A stretch of DNA of 64,000 nucleotides, taken from positions 112,905-176,904 of the forward strand of contig NIVC01002417.1 of the NCBI GenBank assembly GCA_002269645.1, read 5' to 3'. Origin of the DNA: Macrostomum lignano. Lineage: Eukaryota. Made by a program: the position numbers and the translations under genes. The notes beneath the pieces were generated by a model. That model made no database searches and had not been told where the DNA came from. It was given only the letters and a program-made list of their open reading frames with translations. This document shows, piece by piece, positions 1-12,706 of this stretch. Numbering within the stretch: the first letter of the stretch is position 1; each line of letters begins with the position of its first letter.

Positions 1-205
1 TTGATGTTAGCCGCCAATAACTAATTACCTCTCGGATTCTTTTATGTTAGCCGCCAACACTTAAATACAATACCTCAAAGATTATTTGATGTTAGCCGAC
101 AATAACTAATTACCTCAGATTCTTTGATGTTAGCCGCCATACCTAATTACTTCTGGGATCTTTTAATGTAGCTGCCAACACCCTTTGATGTAGCCGCCAA
201 CACTT
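1..205. repeat. Degenerate ~40-bp tandem repeat (core TTGATGTTAGCCGCCAA) in the upstream RhoGAP intron
   Basis: About 6 imperfect copies of ttgatgttagccgccaa... visible directly. Confidence 0.75.
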
Positions 206-256
206 TTTGGTCTAGCCGTTAAGTCCAACCGGCCTTATCTCTTCCCTCGCCCCCAG

Positions 257-3200
257 TGCGCACCAGTGCGGACTGCCTAAGCGCCCAGGACCACCCAGTG
301 GAAAGCGAGTACGAATGCCTCGTTCCCTCCGCCTCGGCTTCTCCGGCCGCCTCATCAACCTCAGCATCGGCGTCGAATACGTCGAACTCGACAGACGAAT
401 CGACTGGATCGTCCGGCTTATTGTTGTCGAATTCAAATTCTACGCCTGCTACGGCATCGACAGTGGATCATCGACCAGCTGGCGTTGCTGTCAAGTCTCG
501 GGCTGCCGGTGGCGAGTTTCGAATAGTTCTAGCATTCGCGCCAGCTCAGGCTTTACTAGTAGCAGCCTCGGAGGGTGCCGCCAATGCTAGCGCCACAATT
601 GCCGAACTGAAATCTGCCGGCCTGCGTTTGGCCAGCCGGTTGAATGCCCGATTCTTGCTTGTTGACGAACCCGACGGCGGGGCCGTGTTCTCGTCTGCGG
701 GCTCAGCGATGGCGGAGCTGGCTAAGCAGTCGCTTGAGCACCTGCTGCCTGCTAGCTTTTATAGGCGGACACCGGATATGCTCTATATGCATAGGTGAGG
801 CTCTGAGTTTTGTCCTGCGTGTCTTTTGCTTGTGTGTCTGTGCTGTCCGTGTCTGTGCTGTCTGTGTCTGTCAGCTGTTTGTGTCTGTGCTGTCTGTGTC
901 TGTGCTGTCTGTGCCTGTGCTGTCTGTGTCTGTGCTGTCTGTGTCTGTCCTGTCTGTGTCTGTGCTGTCTGTGTCTGTGCTGTCTGTGTCTGTCCTATCT
1001 GTGTCTGTGCTGTTTGTGTCTGTGCTGTCTGTGTCTGTCAGCTGTTTGTGTCTGTCCTGTCTGTGTCTGTGCTGTCTGTGTCTGTGCTGTCTGTGTCTGT
1101 GCTGTCTGTGCCTGTGCTGTCTGTGTCTGTCCTGTCTGTGTCTGTGCTGTCTGTGTCTGTGCTGTCTGTGCCTGTGCTGTCTGTGCCTGTGCTGTCTGTG
1201 TCTGTCCTGTCTGTGTCTGTGCTGTCTGTGTCTGTGCTGTCTGTGTCTGTGCTGTCTGTGCCTGTGCTGTCTGTGTCTGTCCTGTCTGTGTCTGTGCTGT
1301 CTGTGTCTGTCAGCTGTTTGTGTCTGTCCTGTCTGTGTCTGTGCTGTCTGTGTCTGTGCTGTCTGTGCCTGTGCTGTCTGTGCCTGTGCTGTCTGTGTCT
1401 GTCCTGTCTGTGTCTGTGCTGTCTGTGTCTGTGCTGTCTGTGTCTGTCCTATCTGTGTCTGTGCTGTCTGTGTCTGTCAGCTGTTTGTGTCTGTGCTGTC
1501 TGTGTCTGTCAGCTGTTTGTGTCTGTCCTGTCTGTGTCTGTGCTGTCTGTGCCTGTGCTGTCTGTGTCTGTGCTGTCTATGTCTGTGCTGTCTGTGTCTG
1601 TGCTGTCTGTGTCTGTCAGCTGTTTGTGTCTGTCCTGTCTGTGTCTGTGCCTGTGCTGTCTGTGTCTGTGCTGTCTATGTCTGTGCTGTCTGTGTCTGTG
1701 CTGTCTGTGTCTGTGCTGTCTGTGTCTGTCAGCTGTTTGTGTCTGTCCTGTCTGTGTCTGTCAGCTGTTTGTGTCTGTCCTGTCTGTGCTGTCTGTGTCT
1801 GTGCTGTCTGTGTCTGTGCTGTCTGTGTCTGTGCTGTCTGTCTGTTCTGTCTGTGCTGTCTGTGTCTGTCCTGTCTGGTCTGTGTCTGTCCTGTCTGTCC
1901 TGTCCTGTCTGTGTCTGTCCTGTCTGTGTCTTTCCTGTTTGTGTCTGTCCTGTCTGTGTCTGTCCTGTCTGTGTCTTTCCTGTCTGTGTCTGTCCTGTCT
2001 ATCTGTGTCTGTCCTGTCTGTGTCTGTCCTGTCTGTGTCTGTCCTGTCTGTCCTGTGCTGTCTGTGTCTGTCCTGTCTGTGTCTGTGCTTTCTGTGTCTG
2101 TGCTGTCTGTGTCTGTCCTGTCTGTGTCTGTCCTGTTTGTGTCTGTCCTGTCTGTCTGTGCTGTCTGTGTCTGTCCTGTCTGTGTCTGTCCTGTCTGTGT
2201 CTGTCCTGTCTGTGTCTGTCCTGTCTGTCCTGTCTGTGTCTGTCCTGTCTGTCCTGTCCTGTCTGTGTCTGTCCTGTCTGGTCTGTGTCTGTCCTGTCTG
2301 TCCTGTCCTGTCTGTGTCTGTCCTGTCTGTCCTGTCCTGTCTGTGTCTGTCCTGTCTGGTCTGTGTCTGTCCTGTCTGTCCTGTCCTGTCTGTGTCTGTC
2401 CTGTTTGTGTCTGTCCTGTCTGTGTCTGTCCTGTCTGTGTCTTTCCTGTTTGTGTCTGTCCTGTCTGTGTCTGTCCTGTCTATCTGTGTCTGTCCTGTCT
2501 GTCCTGTTTCTGTCTGTGTCCGTCCTGTCTGTGTCTGTCCTGTCCCTCTTGTTTGTTGTTTGTCTTGTCCTGTGCAATCTGTCCATTGTGTACTGAGCAC
2601 CTGTTCCGTCTAAGCGCATTAGTCCGCCCTAATACTCGTCCTGCATTGACGGCTGTCATGTCTGTCAATCTGGCTACAAAATGTCAATTATAAATCTGTG
2701 TAATAATATTGTTTAACATTTTTCTCAGAGACAACTGCGAGCTCAGCCTAATCTGCGTGCTCACCTGCGGCGATAATCTGCCTAGAGACCGCCTTAGCCA
2801 ATTAGTGGCCGCCCTGTCAGCCGGTCGGTCGAGCGCCTGCGCCTACCGCGGCCGCAGCCTGATAGTTGAGCTGTGCTCACACCGCCTGTTAATCCGGTTG
2901 GCATCGTTTCACACCGCCTGGCAACTGTGCGACTCGCACGCATTTCACGGCGCACTGGTTGCTTACGCCACCGATCGGGCCGCTTCTGTGGCCTGCGCCA
3001 AGACTCTGGTGGGTAATATTGCTCACCGAATGCCCGTGACCTTGGTTGCTATGCAACAGCCGGCGAAAGAGTCCGCTGTTTCAATAGAAGAAGAAGAAGA
3101 CTCCCAGCAGCAGGCGTTTAGCGCCGGTATCCGAACAGTTCACTTAGACTCGGCCCTAGCAACTAACAATTCCTGGTTCGCCGAGTTTGCTAACGAATGC

Positions 3201-4670
3201 CTGGCAGCTAAGGAATTAACCGAGCGCAAATTTCAAAGTCGATTTCCTTTGTTCGCCGTGGCCCATCCCAGCTCGGATAGGGATCGGGACTCGTTCGTGT
3301 CGCCGCCATCCGCCGGCACCAGTTATTACGACTGTCAAGATGATGGAGAGGATGCTGATACAGATAATTCGGTCTATTCTAGCGCCGGGTCTATAAGGGA
3401 TGAAGTTACTACTGCTGCTACTACTACTGCCAGTAATAACTGCAGTAGCACCCCAATTTATTCTTGTCCAGCGCCTACTACTACTACAAGACAACAGGCT
3501 GCTTTGTCGTCGTTTCGACCGCCATTGGCTTCGCAGGAAATCTGCGAGGTCTACGCAGATCCTCCGGATGCTGAGCAGTTTCTGCATCATCATCAGCAGC
3601 AGCAGCCACTGACCAGCTCACCATCCGCTAGTTGCTATAGCGATGATTCCACTTACGCTTACACTTGCAACGCGTTGCCGCCGGGCATTTATCGCTTAGT
3701 GAATAGTCGATCAGACTACTGTCAGTACTACAATCAGCAGGATTCTGCTAGACAGCCGCCTCCTCCGCCGCCTCCAGCATCGATGAAGTCTTTGTTTACA
3801 TTTAACCCGTCAGCTTCAATACACAGCAGTTTAGCTAAGCTAGCCAAGCTTGGCGCTAGCGGCGGCAATTGCAATAATAATAATAGTAGTAATAGTAATA
3901 ATAATAACAGTAGTACCAACGGTCAGCAGCTGCACAAGACTTACTTAGCTGTGCCGGCGCCGCCTTTGACACTTGCCGATCTGCCAGTGTGCACCGATCA
4001 GCGCCTTGTGCCGCCCCGGGACAGTCCAGTGCCTCAGCTAGTGGTCACCTGTATAGATTTTGTCGAACGCGAAGGCGGATTGAAAGTTGATGGAGTTTAT
4101 CGATTGTGCGGCAACTCTGCCGAGACTTCGGCTGTGATGGACCTGTTGCTAAGGGAACCGGACTGTAAGCTGGCCGCTCTCAAGCCTAAGCCGTCTGTCT
4201 GCACAGTGACCAGCGCGTTAAAACAACTACTGATGAAGCTGGAGCCTTCGCTAATTCCCGGCCAATTGCTCAGCGGCCTACTCAAAGTCAGTAGCACGCC
4301 TAGGCACTATCCAAACTTTCAACCGAACGTGACTTATTATTTTGTTAATAATCTCAGCCAGCCGGCTCTGACCTGTCTGAGGTACATTGTAAACCATCTG
4401 CATCGGGTTAGTTGCTATGCGGCCGAGAATCGAATGAATTCCACTAACTTGGCAGTTTGCTGGATTCAGACCCTCATGCCGCCTAGCGATCCCAGAATCG
4501 GACTGGCCTGTCAGGACCAGCTGCAGAGTCTCATTGAGACGCTAATCCGATATCCCAATCTGTTGAATCCTATTGCGTCATCGGCTGCTCCGACTAGCGG
4601 CAGCTCAGAATCGATGATGCAGGACAGTTCGACGCTGGTTCCGCCTCCGCTGCCGTCGCGTAGAGTTTAA
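257..4670 (+). CDS. ARHGAP35: p190-type RhoGAP (ARHGAP35/ARHGAP5 family), 3' part: end of pseudoGTPase pG1, pG2, Tyr/Pro-rich linker, C-terminal RhoGAP; 5' exons lie outside the window
   Basis: Exons 257-794 (acceptor ccccag; donor AG|gtgagg) and 2729-4670 (tttctcag|A) join in phase 2 to give HR-DNCELS. LSLICVLTCGD...SLIVEL...LASFHTAW...AFHGALVAY...RMPVTLVAM matches the p190 pG2 pattern as I recall it (LRIVMCLMCGD...LSYHSSF...VHGYIVFY...IPIQLVAL). AGLRLASRLNARFL resembles the end of pG1. RhoGAP: VPQLVVTCIDFVE, GVYRLCGN (arginine finger present), NRMNSTNLAVCW. The symbol denotes the family (co-ortholog of ARHGAP35/5). Confidence 0.85.
826..2570. repeat. TGTC/TCTGTG low-complexity satellite filling RhoGAP intron 795-2728
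   Basis: (gtctgtgtctgtgct/cct)n; produces the spurious C/V/L/S-rich ORFs in all frames. Confidence 0.95.
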
Positions 4671-4787
4671 TTATCAATCATTATGATGAATTTCTAATAA
4701 CAAAATCGATGGCAATGATGCCATTCTGTGTGCGCCTCTGATATTTAAGTCATCATTCGCTACTTTTCCCTTGTATATTAATGTACT

Positions 4788-6456
4788 GGGGATTGCTAAT
4801 CTAGCCTATATCGATAATTGATGGGGTGGATTGCTAATCTAGCCTATATCGATAATTGATGGAGTGGATTGCTAATCTAGCCTATATCGATAATTGATGG
4901 GGTGGATTGCTAATCTAGCCTATATCGATAATTGATGGGGTGGATTGCTAATCTAGCCTATATCGATAATTGATAGAGTGGATTGCTAATCTAGCCTATA
5001 TCGATAATTGATGGAGTGGATTGCTAATCTAGCCTATGTCGATAATTGATAGAGTGGATTGCTAATCTAGCCTATATCGATAATTGATAGAGTGGATTGC
5101 TAATCTAGCCTATATCGATAATTGATAGAGTGGATTGCTAATCTAGCCTATATCGATAATTGATGGAGTGGATTGCTAATCTAGCCTATGTCGATAATTG
5201 ATAGAGTGGATTGCTAATCTAGCCTATATCGATAATTAGATAGAAGTGGATTGCTAATCTAGCCTATATCGATAATTGATAGAGTGGATTGCTAATCTAG
5301 CCTATATCGATAATTGATAGAGTGGATTGCTAATCTAGCCTATATCGATAATTGATAGAGTGGATTGCTAATCTAGCCTATATCGATAATTGATGGAGTG
5401 GATTGCTAATCTAGCCTATGTCGATAATTGATAGAGTGGATTGCTAATCTAGCCTATATCGATAATTGATAGAGTGGATTGCTAATCTAGCCTATATCGA
5501 TAATTGATAGAGTGGATTGCTAATCTAGCCTATATCGATAATTGATGGAGTGGATTGCTAATCTAGCCTATATCGATAATTGATGGAGTGGATTGCTAAT
5601 CTAGCCTATGTCGATAATTGATAGAGTGGATTGCTAATCTAGCCTATATCGATAATTAGATAGAAGTGGATTGCTAATCTAGCCTATATCGATAATTGAT
5701 AGAGTGGATTGCTAATCTAGCCTATATCGATAATTGATAGAGTGGATTGCTAATCTAGCCTATATCGATAATTGATAGAGTGGATTGCTAATTTAGCCTA
5801 TATCGATAATTGATGGAGTGGATTGCTAATCTAGCCTACATCGATAATTAGATAAAGTGGATTGCTAATCTAGCCTACATTGATAATTAGATAAAGTGGA
5901 TTGCTAATCTAGCCTATATCGATAATTGATGGAGTGGATTGCAAATCTAGCCTATATCGATAATTAGATAGAAGTGGATTGCTAATCTAGCCTATATCGA
6001 TAATTGATGGAGTGGATTGCAAATCTAGCCTATATCGATAATTAGATAGAAGTGGATTGCTAATCTAGCCTATATCGATAATTGATAGAGTGGATTGCTA
6101 ATCTAGCCTATATCGATAATTAGATAGAAGTGGATTGCTAATCTAGCCTATATCGATAATTGATGGAGTGGATTGCAAATCTAGCCTATATCGATAATTG
6201 ATAGAGTGGATTGCTAATCTAGCCTATATCGATAATTGATAGAGTGGATTGCTAATCTAGCCTATATCGATAATTGATAGAGTGGATTGCTAATCTAGCC
6301 TATATCGATAATTGATGAAGTGGATTGCTAATCTAGCCTATATCGATAATTAGATAGAAGTGGATTGCTAATCTAGCCTACATCGATAATTAGATAAAGT
6401 GGATTGCAAATCTAGCCTATATCGATAATTAGATAGAAGTGGATTGCTAATCTAGC
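4788..6456. repeat. 38-bp tandem array (~43 copies) GATTGCTAATCTAGCCTATATCGATAATTGATRGAGTG
   Basis: Head-to-tail copies with 38-40 bp variants and no unique spacers; starts ~120 bp after the RhoGAP stop. Confidence 0.95.
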
Positions 6457-7202
6457 TCAGCGTATTTTTATATAACGCCTAAGCGTTGCCTCATCTACTT
6501 TCCTTGTTATAAATTGGTTCGTTAAGATAGTGCTTTTTTGTACTATATTTACATTCTGTTAGCATCTCCACTATAGTCTATCCGTGTTTGGCCTGTTAAT
6601 CTGTTTATCATTTTTGTCATTATTGTTTGCAGTTTGTTAAGGGCGGTTCGAGCTTTATCTATTAAATTTGCCAATAAATTTTATTTTATCCATTTATAGC
6701 GCTCCTCATTTAAACTTACTGCATAAGCAGTTATAACTGCAGTTATTAGAAATTGATTTCAGCAATGATTGTCAATAATTTCAAGCACTCCGCTCATGTT
6801 TGCCAACATTTTTTGCTGCGTGGTTTTCTCTGTTTTTTTGTCTCTCTCTCTCCTTTTTTCTAATTCCGGGGTTCTTTGTGTGCGCCATCGTTTCCCCTCG
6901 CTTGCCATTGTGCTCCTTCACCGCACCTTTATTCGGTTATTTTTGACAAGTTTATTTGGTTATTTATTATATTTTTGTTTAAATTTAGCTAGAATAAAAA
7001 ATTAATTAATTAATTAAAATGTCACACATGCTTTGCTCGCCTACTCGCAGTAGGTGAATGCGGACTTTATTTCTATTTTATTTTCGGCAATATTAAGAAG
7101 CATATCAATTTATACAGTCTTTTATTATATTAAATATCGGGTTTCTTTCTCTGCTCAATGCGGTGTCCAATTTATTGATATATCAGTTTCCTATGCTTGA
7201 AT

Positions 7203-7203
7203 A

Positions 7204-7238
<35 letters not shown>
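7203..7238. repeat. (TA)n microsatellite
   Basis: Pure TA run. Confidence 0.95.
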
Positions 7239-7241
<3 letters not shown>

Positions 7242-7675
7242 GTCATAATAATGCTCCTATTTTGTATAGATATACAAATCAATAGAGAGAATTCCCGTGT
7301 ACACAGCGCTTCCTTGTCAATTGTGTTCTCTGCCATTAATTTTATTATTTTTTTCTTGTAGAAAACGCCATTTTTGTGTCAAGATTTTGTCAACTGCCAA
7401 TAATACGAGTATTTAATGCTTTAATATTTATTTCCAATTAAAATTGTATTTTAATAGCAGTCAGTAATTGCAGCTAAATAAATGGTGGTTGGTATACCTG
7501 GATGCGTTTTTTGCCTGGGTCTTGGCTGGGCTCTAGCCATATCCTGGTCTACAATTCCATTTTTGTGTCAGATGTTGCACAAATTTCCCAATAGATTTGT
7601 TGCTTCTAATGTGTTTTTCGGTTTTATTTTATGTATATTGCGGGCTTTGATTTTAATGACAAGTTGGATGAGTTC

Positions 7676-7922
7676 GGGGTGTCAGAGGGCGCCACAACTG
7701 GGTGTCAGAAGAGGGCGCCAGAACTGGGGTGTCAGAGGGCGCCACTACTGGTTGTCAGAGGGTGCCACAACTGGGGTGTCAGAGGGCGCCACAACTGGGG
7801 TGTCAGAGGGTGCCACTACTGGTTGTCAGAGGGTGCCACAACTGGTGTAAGAAGAGGGCGCCACAACTGGGTGTCAGAAGAGGGCGCCAGAACTGGGGTG
7901 TCAGAGGGCGCCACACAACTGT
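7676..7922. repeat. ~23-26 bp minisatellite (GTCAGAGGGCGCCACAACTGGG(G)T)
   Basis: About 10 copies seen directly. Confidence 0.9.
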
Positions 7923-8334
7923 GTGAGAGTTGTGCTATGCACTAACACTCGAGGCAATGGCAATATTTGCAAGCTTATATTTACCATACAGGTACCATTG
8001 TACAAAAAGCAGAATCTTCATGGCATACATGTATAAGCCTTGTATTGAGAGTGAGTTGGCAAATACAATATTAAAAGCATACTTTTATAGATGCACCCAA
8101 CTCTACATGTATGCCTCTACAGGATGATGTAGCCTTATGGACTCTTGGCCTTCAATAAATAGACTTACAAAGGAGTTGTTTGCTTTCAGTCCCGGTAGCT
8201 TCTTCTCGAAACAATTTCAGCAAACAGACTTGTGTTTCCTTCTCCTATATTTGAATTGAAACACGGAAATTGAAAACGGCCCAGTAGTTGTACAACTGGT
8301 AGATACTGTAGTCTGACAGACTCTGACAGTCGGA

Positions 8335-11332
8335 ATGTTCAACGTAAAGACCAGCGCTCACGGTGTTGCGAGGATCTTTGGCAACTCGTCTAGTTCGAGT
8401 CGTCGGAGTCTACCAGTGAGACTGGCTTGGTCTGCTGCATGGCTCCTACTCACTGCCCTGCTGTTGCGAGGTGTGGCCACCTACTTGGCCAAGCTCGCAT
8501 CTAGTCGTCAGCCAAACGCCGGACTCAAACGCGTCTTTGTTGCTGACGGGGCCGCCTTCGAGTTTCCAGATTTGTACTTTTGCAACGAACTACAGATTGG
8601 CGGCGGGAATAGCGTGCTGCTCAACTACAGCGAAGCTGCTTCTGTTAACTCGGCCCTGGATTTGGCTAACAACACCTTTGAGAAGGCGTTCGGCCAGCTA
8701 AATGATAGCGGGTATTGCATGCTTTATGTTTTAACTAGAATTTTATGCTTTGGGCTGGAGCGCTGTAAGTGTTGCCTGATTGAGTTGAGCACACTGTAGG
8801 AGAGTCAGATTGAGTTGAGCACACTGTAGGAGAGTCAGATTGAGTTTAGCACACTGTAGGAGAGTCAGATTGAGTTGAGCACACTGTAGGAGAGTCAGAT
8901 TGAGTTGAGCACACTGTAGGAGAGTCAGATTGAGTTGAGCACACTGTAGCTGAGAGTCAGATTGAGTTGAGCACACTGTAAGAGAGTCAGATTGAGTTGA
9001 GCACACTGTAAGAGAGTCAGATTGAGTTGAGCACACTGTAGCTGAGAGTCAGATTGAGTTGAGCACACTGTAAGAGAGTCAGATTGAGTTGAGCACACTG
9101 TAAGAGAGTCAGATTGAGTTGAGCACACTGTAAGAGAGTCAGATTGAGTTGAGCACACTGTAAGAGAGTCAGATTGAGTTGAGCACACTGTAGGAGAGTC
9201 AGATTGAGTTGAGCACACTGTAGCTGAGAGTCAGATTGAGTTGAGCACACTGTAAGAGAGTCAGATTGAGTTGAGCACACTGTAAGAGAGTCAGATTGAG
9301 TTGAGCACACTGTAAGAGAGTCAGATTGAGTTGAGCACACTGTAAGAGAGTCAGATTGAGTTGAGCACACTGTAGGAGAGTCAGATTGAGTTGAGCACAC
9401 TGTAGGAGAGTCAGATTGAGTTGAACACACTGTAGGAGAGTCAGATTGAGTTGAGCACACTGTAAGAGAGTCAGATTGAGTTGAGCACACTGTAGGAGAG
9501 TCAGATTGAGTTGAGCACACTGTAGGAGAGTCAGATTAAGTTGAACACACTGTAGGAGAGTCAGATTGAGTTGAGCACACTGTAAGAGAGTCAGATTGAG
9601 TTGAGCACACTGTAGGAGAGTCAGATTGAGTTGAGCACACTGTAAGAGAGTCAGATTGAGTTGAGCACACTGTAGGAGAGTCAGATTGAGTTGAGCACAC
9701 TGTAGGAGAGTCAGATTGAATTGAGCACACTGTAGGGAGAGTCAGATTGAGTTGAGCACACTGTAGGAGAGTCACATCGATTTGAGCACCCTGTAGTAGA
9801 GTCAGATTGAGTTGAGCACTCAAAAGGCTATTGAACCCGAGCCCGCACTTTCTCTCTGAGACATTCCAGCTCGCTTTCCGAGTCTGAAAGACTCCTCCTG
9901 CTGAGGCTGCGACCTGTTTCCCTGCTCCGCTCTGTGCCGTACCGCCTTTTGTCCGACGTCGTTGGACAGAAGCTGAAGCAGACTTTTCTAGGCAACTTCG
10001 GAGTCTACAGCGTCGGCGAAAGACCTCCAAACGATCGTCCCGTTGCCGTGTCGGAGTTTTACCATCCGGAGCACCTGAAATGCTTCCGTGTAGAGCTCAC
10101 CAACTCGGAGCGACTGGCTATGCGCAGAGATAATAATCGACTGACCTTTCACTTGACTCTGGACGCGTATTATGCTACCATGCGACATGTGGCCAGTCCT
10201 TATCGGCTGCCAGACATCCCTGTACCCACTGGCAGACGTGGACAGTCGATGAATATCCGACCTCTGGACTGGAACCTCAACGATCCGCTGCAAATCGACT
10301 CTGGTAGCGGCATGGTTCTCTACTTGGTTCCGCCGGGGCACTATCCGTCTCCCCTGGCAACCAGCGGCTGCAAACGACTCCTCCTGGGTCCGGGACGCGC
10401 CTACGACATTGCCGTGGGCATGACAGTCACCGAGCTGCTTCCGGCTTCAGATTTCACTGACAGGTAATTTTTACGCTCGTAGGCGTGTTGATGGCCTTTT
10501 TCCAAAGCTTTAAAAAATTAAAATCGTCGAAGCTACACAGTGCGCTTATAAGCTCGGAGTTTTATTGGCCAACCAACCCTTCACTCACAGGTGCGTGTCC
10601 CGGCACGAACCAGTCGCCTTCTATAATCCGTACAACGGAGGCCGCCAATGGTTCAACTACAGCGGCTCTGTGCCCCACTATTCGCAAATTGCGGCAAATA
10701 ATCTAGCCAAGTTCAACTGTTCGCCGATGCCTCAGGCTTTGCCATGGAAATACCGCGGCCTGCCCGTGTGCCTGAACCTTAGCAGCGCCATAGAAATCAA
10801 CGAGACCCGAGCGGAAATACTCTGGCGAGGACTTCAAGCAATGAATTCTAGCGAACAGAACGACTGGAAGCAAAGTCTGCAACCGGACGACCGCAAGTTG
10901 CCGCCGTGTCGTCAAAGTCGCTACTGGACGGTGGACTCCTACGGCCGGTGGCCGAACTCGGCCAGCCTGTTTCGCTACGCTACTCAACTGGTGGCCTCCG
11001 AGTTGGCATTGGCTCCAGAAAATTATCGATCCTTATTGGCCGGTCTGAGAATCGTGTCCAATTTCAAAGACGTGTCCGAGTACGCGCACGCCGAAGCTAT
11101 CGAGGAGTACACCAGGCGGGGCGGTCTGAAAGTGACACTGCGAGCGGCTTCCAGTTTCAACGATTTAAATGTCTTGGCTAGGGACTACAGGTTGCAGCAG
11201 TTCGTGGCGGACACTGGCGGGGCAATGGGACTTTATCTGGGCTGCTCGACGTTGACTCTGTGCGAGCTGCTTGAGTTGCTGCATGGAGTTGTGCTCAGCC
11301 TGGCTGCTAAGCTGCGGAAAGGAAGGGGTTGA
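8335..11332 (+). CDS. DEG/ENaC (amiloride-sensitive Na+ channel / ASIC family) subunit, ~570 aa, 3 exons
   Basis: Exons 8335-8711, ~9870-10463 (alternative acceptor 9861) and 10591-11332, all phase-2 junctions. Pre-TM1 TSAHG motif, hydrophobic TM1, FPDLYFCN (FPAVTxCN motif), PPCRQSRY, and TM2 FVADTGGAMGLYLGCSTLTLCELLE with the GxS selectivity filter. Confidence 0.9.
8779..9816. repeat. 30-bp tandem array (~35 copies) GATTGAGTTGAGCACACTGTAGGAGAGTCA in ENaC intron 1
   Basis: Near-identical head-to-tail copies. Confidence 0.95.
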
Positions 11333-11336
11333 CGAT

Positions 11337-11462
11337 GGGGATCAGGGATCGGGATCAGGGATCGGGATCAGGGATCAGGGATCGGGATCAGGGATCGGGA
11401 TCAGGGATCGGGATCAGGGATCGGGATCAGGGATCGGGATCAGGGATCGGGATCAGGGATCG
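11337..11462. repeat. (GGGATC/AGGGATC)n array just after the ENaC stop
   Basis: Seen directly. Confidence 0.9.
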
Positions 11463-12006
11463 GTGACCCTAATCACATGACCTAGGATTTATTGCAGTGG
11501 AAGTTTAAATGTATTTATATGCACTCTCATAGCACTCACTACCTGGCACTGCACCGTGTTACCGCAATTTTAATATCTAGCTCTCAGCCTGTCATGAAAT
11601 TTTGCGTTTGTGAAACCTACCCAGTACAAATATGCTGTAAGAACTTGAGACAGTTAAATTTTGAAATTCTGGAAAACAGAATTAGGGATTACATCAATTT
11701 CACGGTCGGTTGCTTTGTCTTGATGTCAATTAACTTTAAGATAAACAAGCTATTACTTGATAAAGATATTCGAGTTTACACGGCAGGCAATGGGTGCAGA
11801 CGTGAGTATGCTACCGGTAAATGGAGCACATTACAGGAAACAACCAGAAAGATAAACAATAATTGGTACACAGAGTCAGCTACTCGTCTATAATTGCTGT
11901 ATCATATATTCTGGCGGCCTGCTTGACCTCAAAAGAAATCTATATAGAATAATAGTCTATGGTCTAAACCAACTATTTATTATCCAGTGTCTATTGATAG
12001 GAGGAG

Positions 12007-12170
12007 GCGTCATTGCTGAGTAAGAGGGGTCATTGCTGAGAAAGAGGGGTCATTGCTGAACAAGAGGGGTCATTGCTGAGTAAAAGGGTCATTGCTGAGC
12101 AAGAGGGGTCATTGCTGAGTAAGAGGGTCATTGCTGAGCAAGAGGGGTCATTGCTGAGCAAGAGGTGTCA
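12007..12170. repeat. 20-bp minisatellite GGGGTCATTGCTGAGCAAGA
   Basis: About 8 copies. Confidence 0.9.
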
Positions 12171-12706
12171 TCGATGTGCGAGAGTTGTTATCGATATCAC
12201 TCCTTGCGAGGGGACACGGATATCGGTTTTTTAATCTATTGGCTATGACAAACAAATGGCTCCACAAACCTCTTCATTTATCACCCTGTCATTTAAACAA
12301 CATTCGGTAGGTTTTACAGTGCCCTACCTATTAAATTGCAATGCTTTCATCTCGCAGCTACTTATAAATTTGGTCAGAACCCAATTAAGGCCAACACGAC
12401 TAAAGGCTGTAACTACTACGCATAATGTAAATATTTGTCTCATTCTGCAAGTCTCTCTTTCACTCAGCAGCTGCGCACAAAATTTTTCTATAGCTATTAA
12501 AAGAAGATAAGCCGCGACTAGTTTAGAGGTTGATAAAGTTATATAAACTTCTAATAACGATATTTAGCGAAATGGCAAACAGTTAAACATATTTGAGTTC
12601 TTCTCCATCCAGAAGTTGAAATGGTGAGCTGTTTGTTAGATTGAATAGATTACTAAATAAATTTGTCATTCAGAATTGTTTTGTTGTTCTTGTTTTCCTA
12701 ATTTGC

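Noticed and set aside
644-2693. 600+ aa Cys-rich ORFs suggesting metallothionein or keratin-associated proteins
   Set aside because: Open in all frames because of a TGTC satellite that lies inside a GT-AG intron of the RhoGAP.
4788-6456. CRISPR-like appearance of palindromic ~38-bp repeats (also 8779-9816 and 18113-18787)
   Set aside because: Units are head-to-tail with no unique spacers, there are no cas genes, and the context is eukaryotic.
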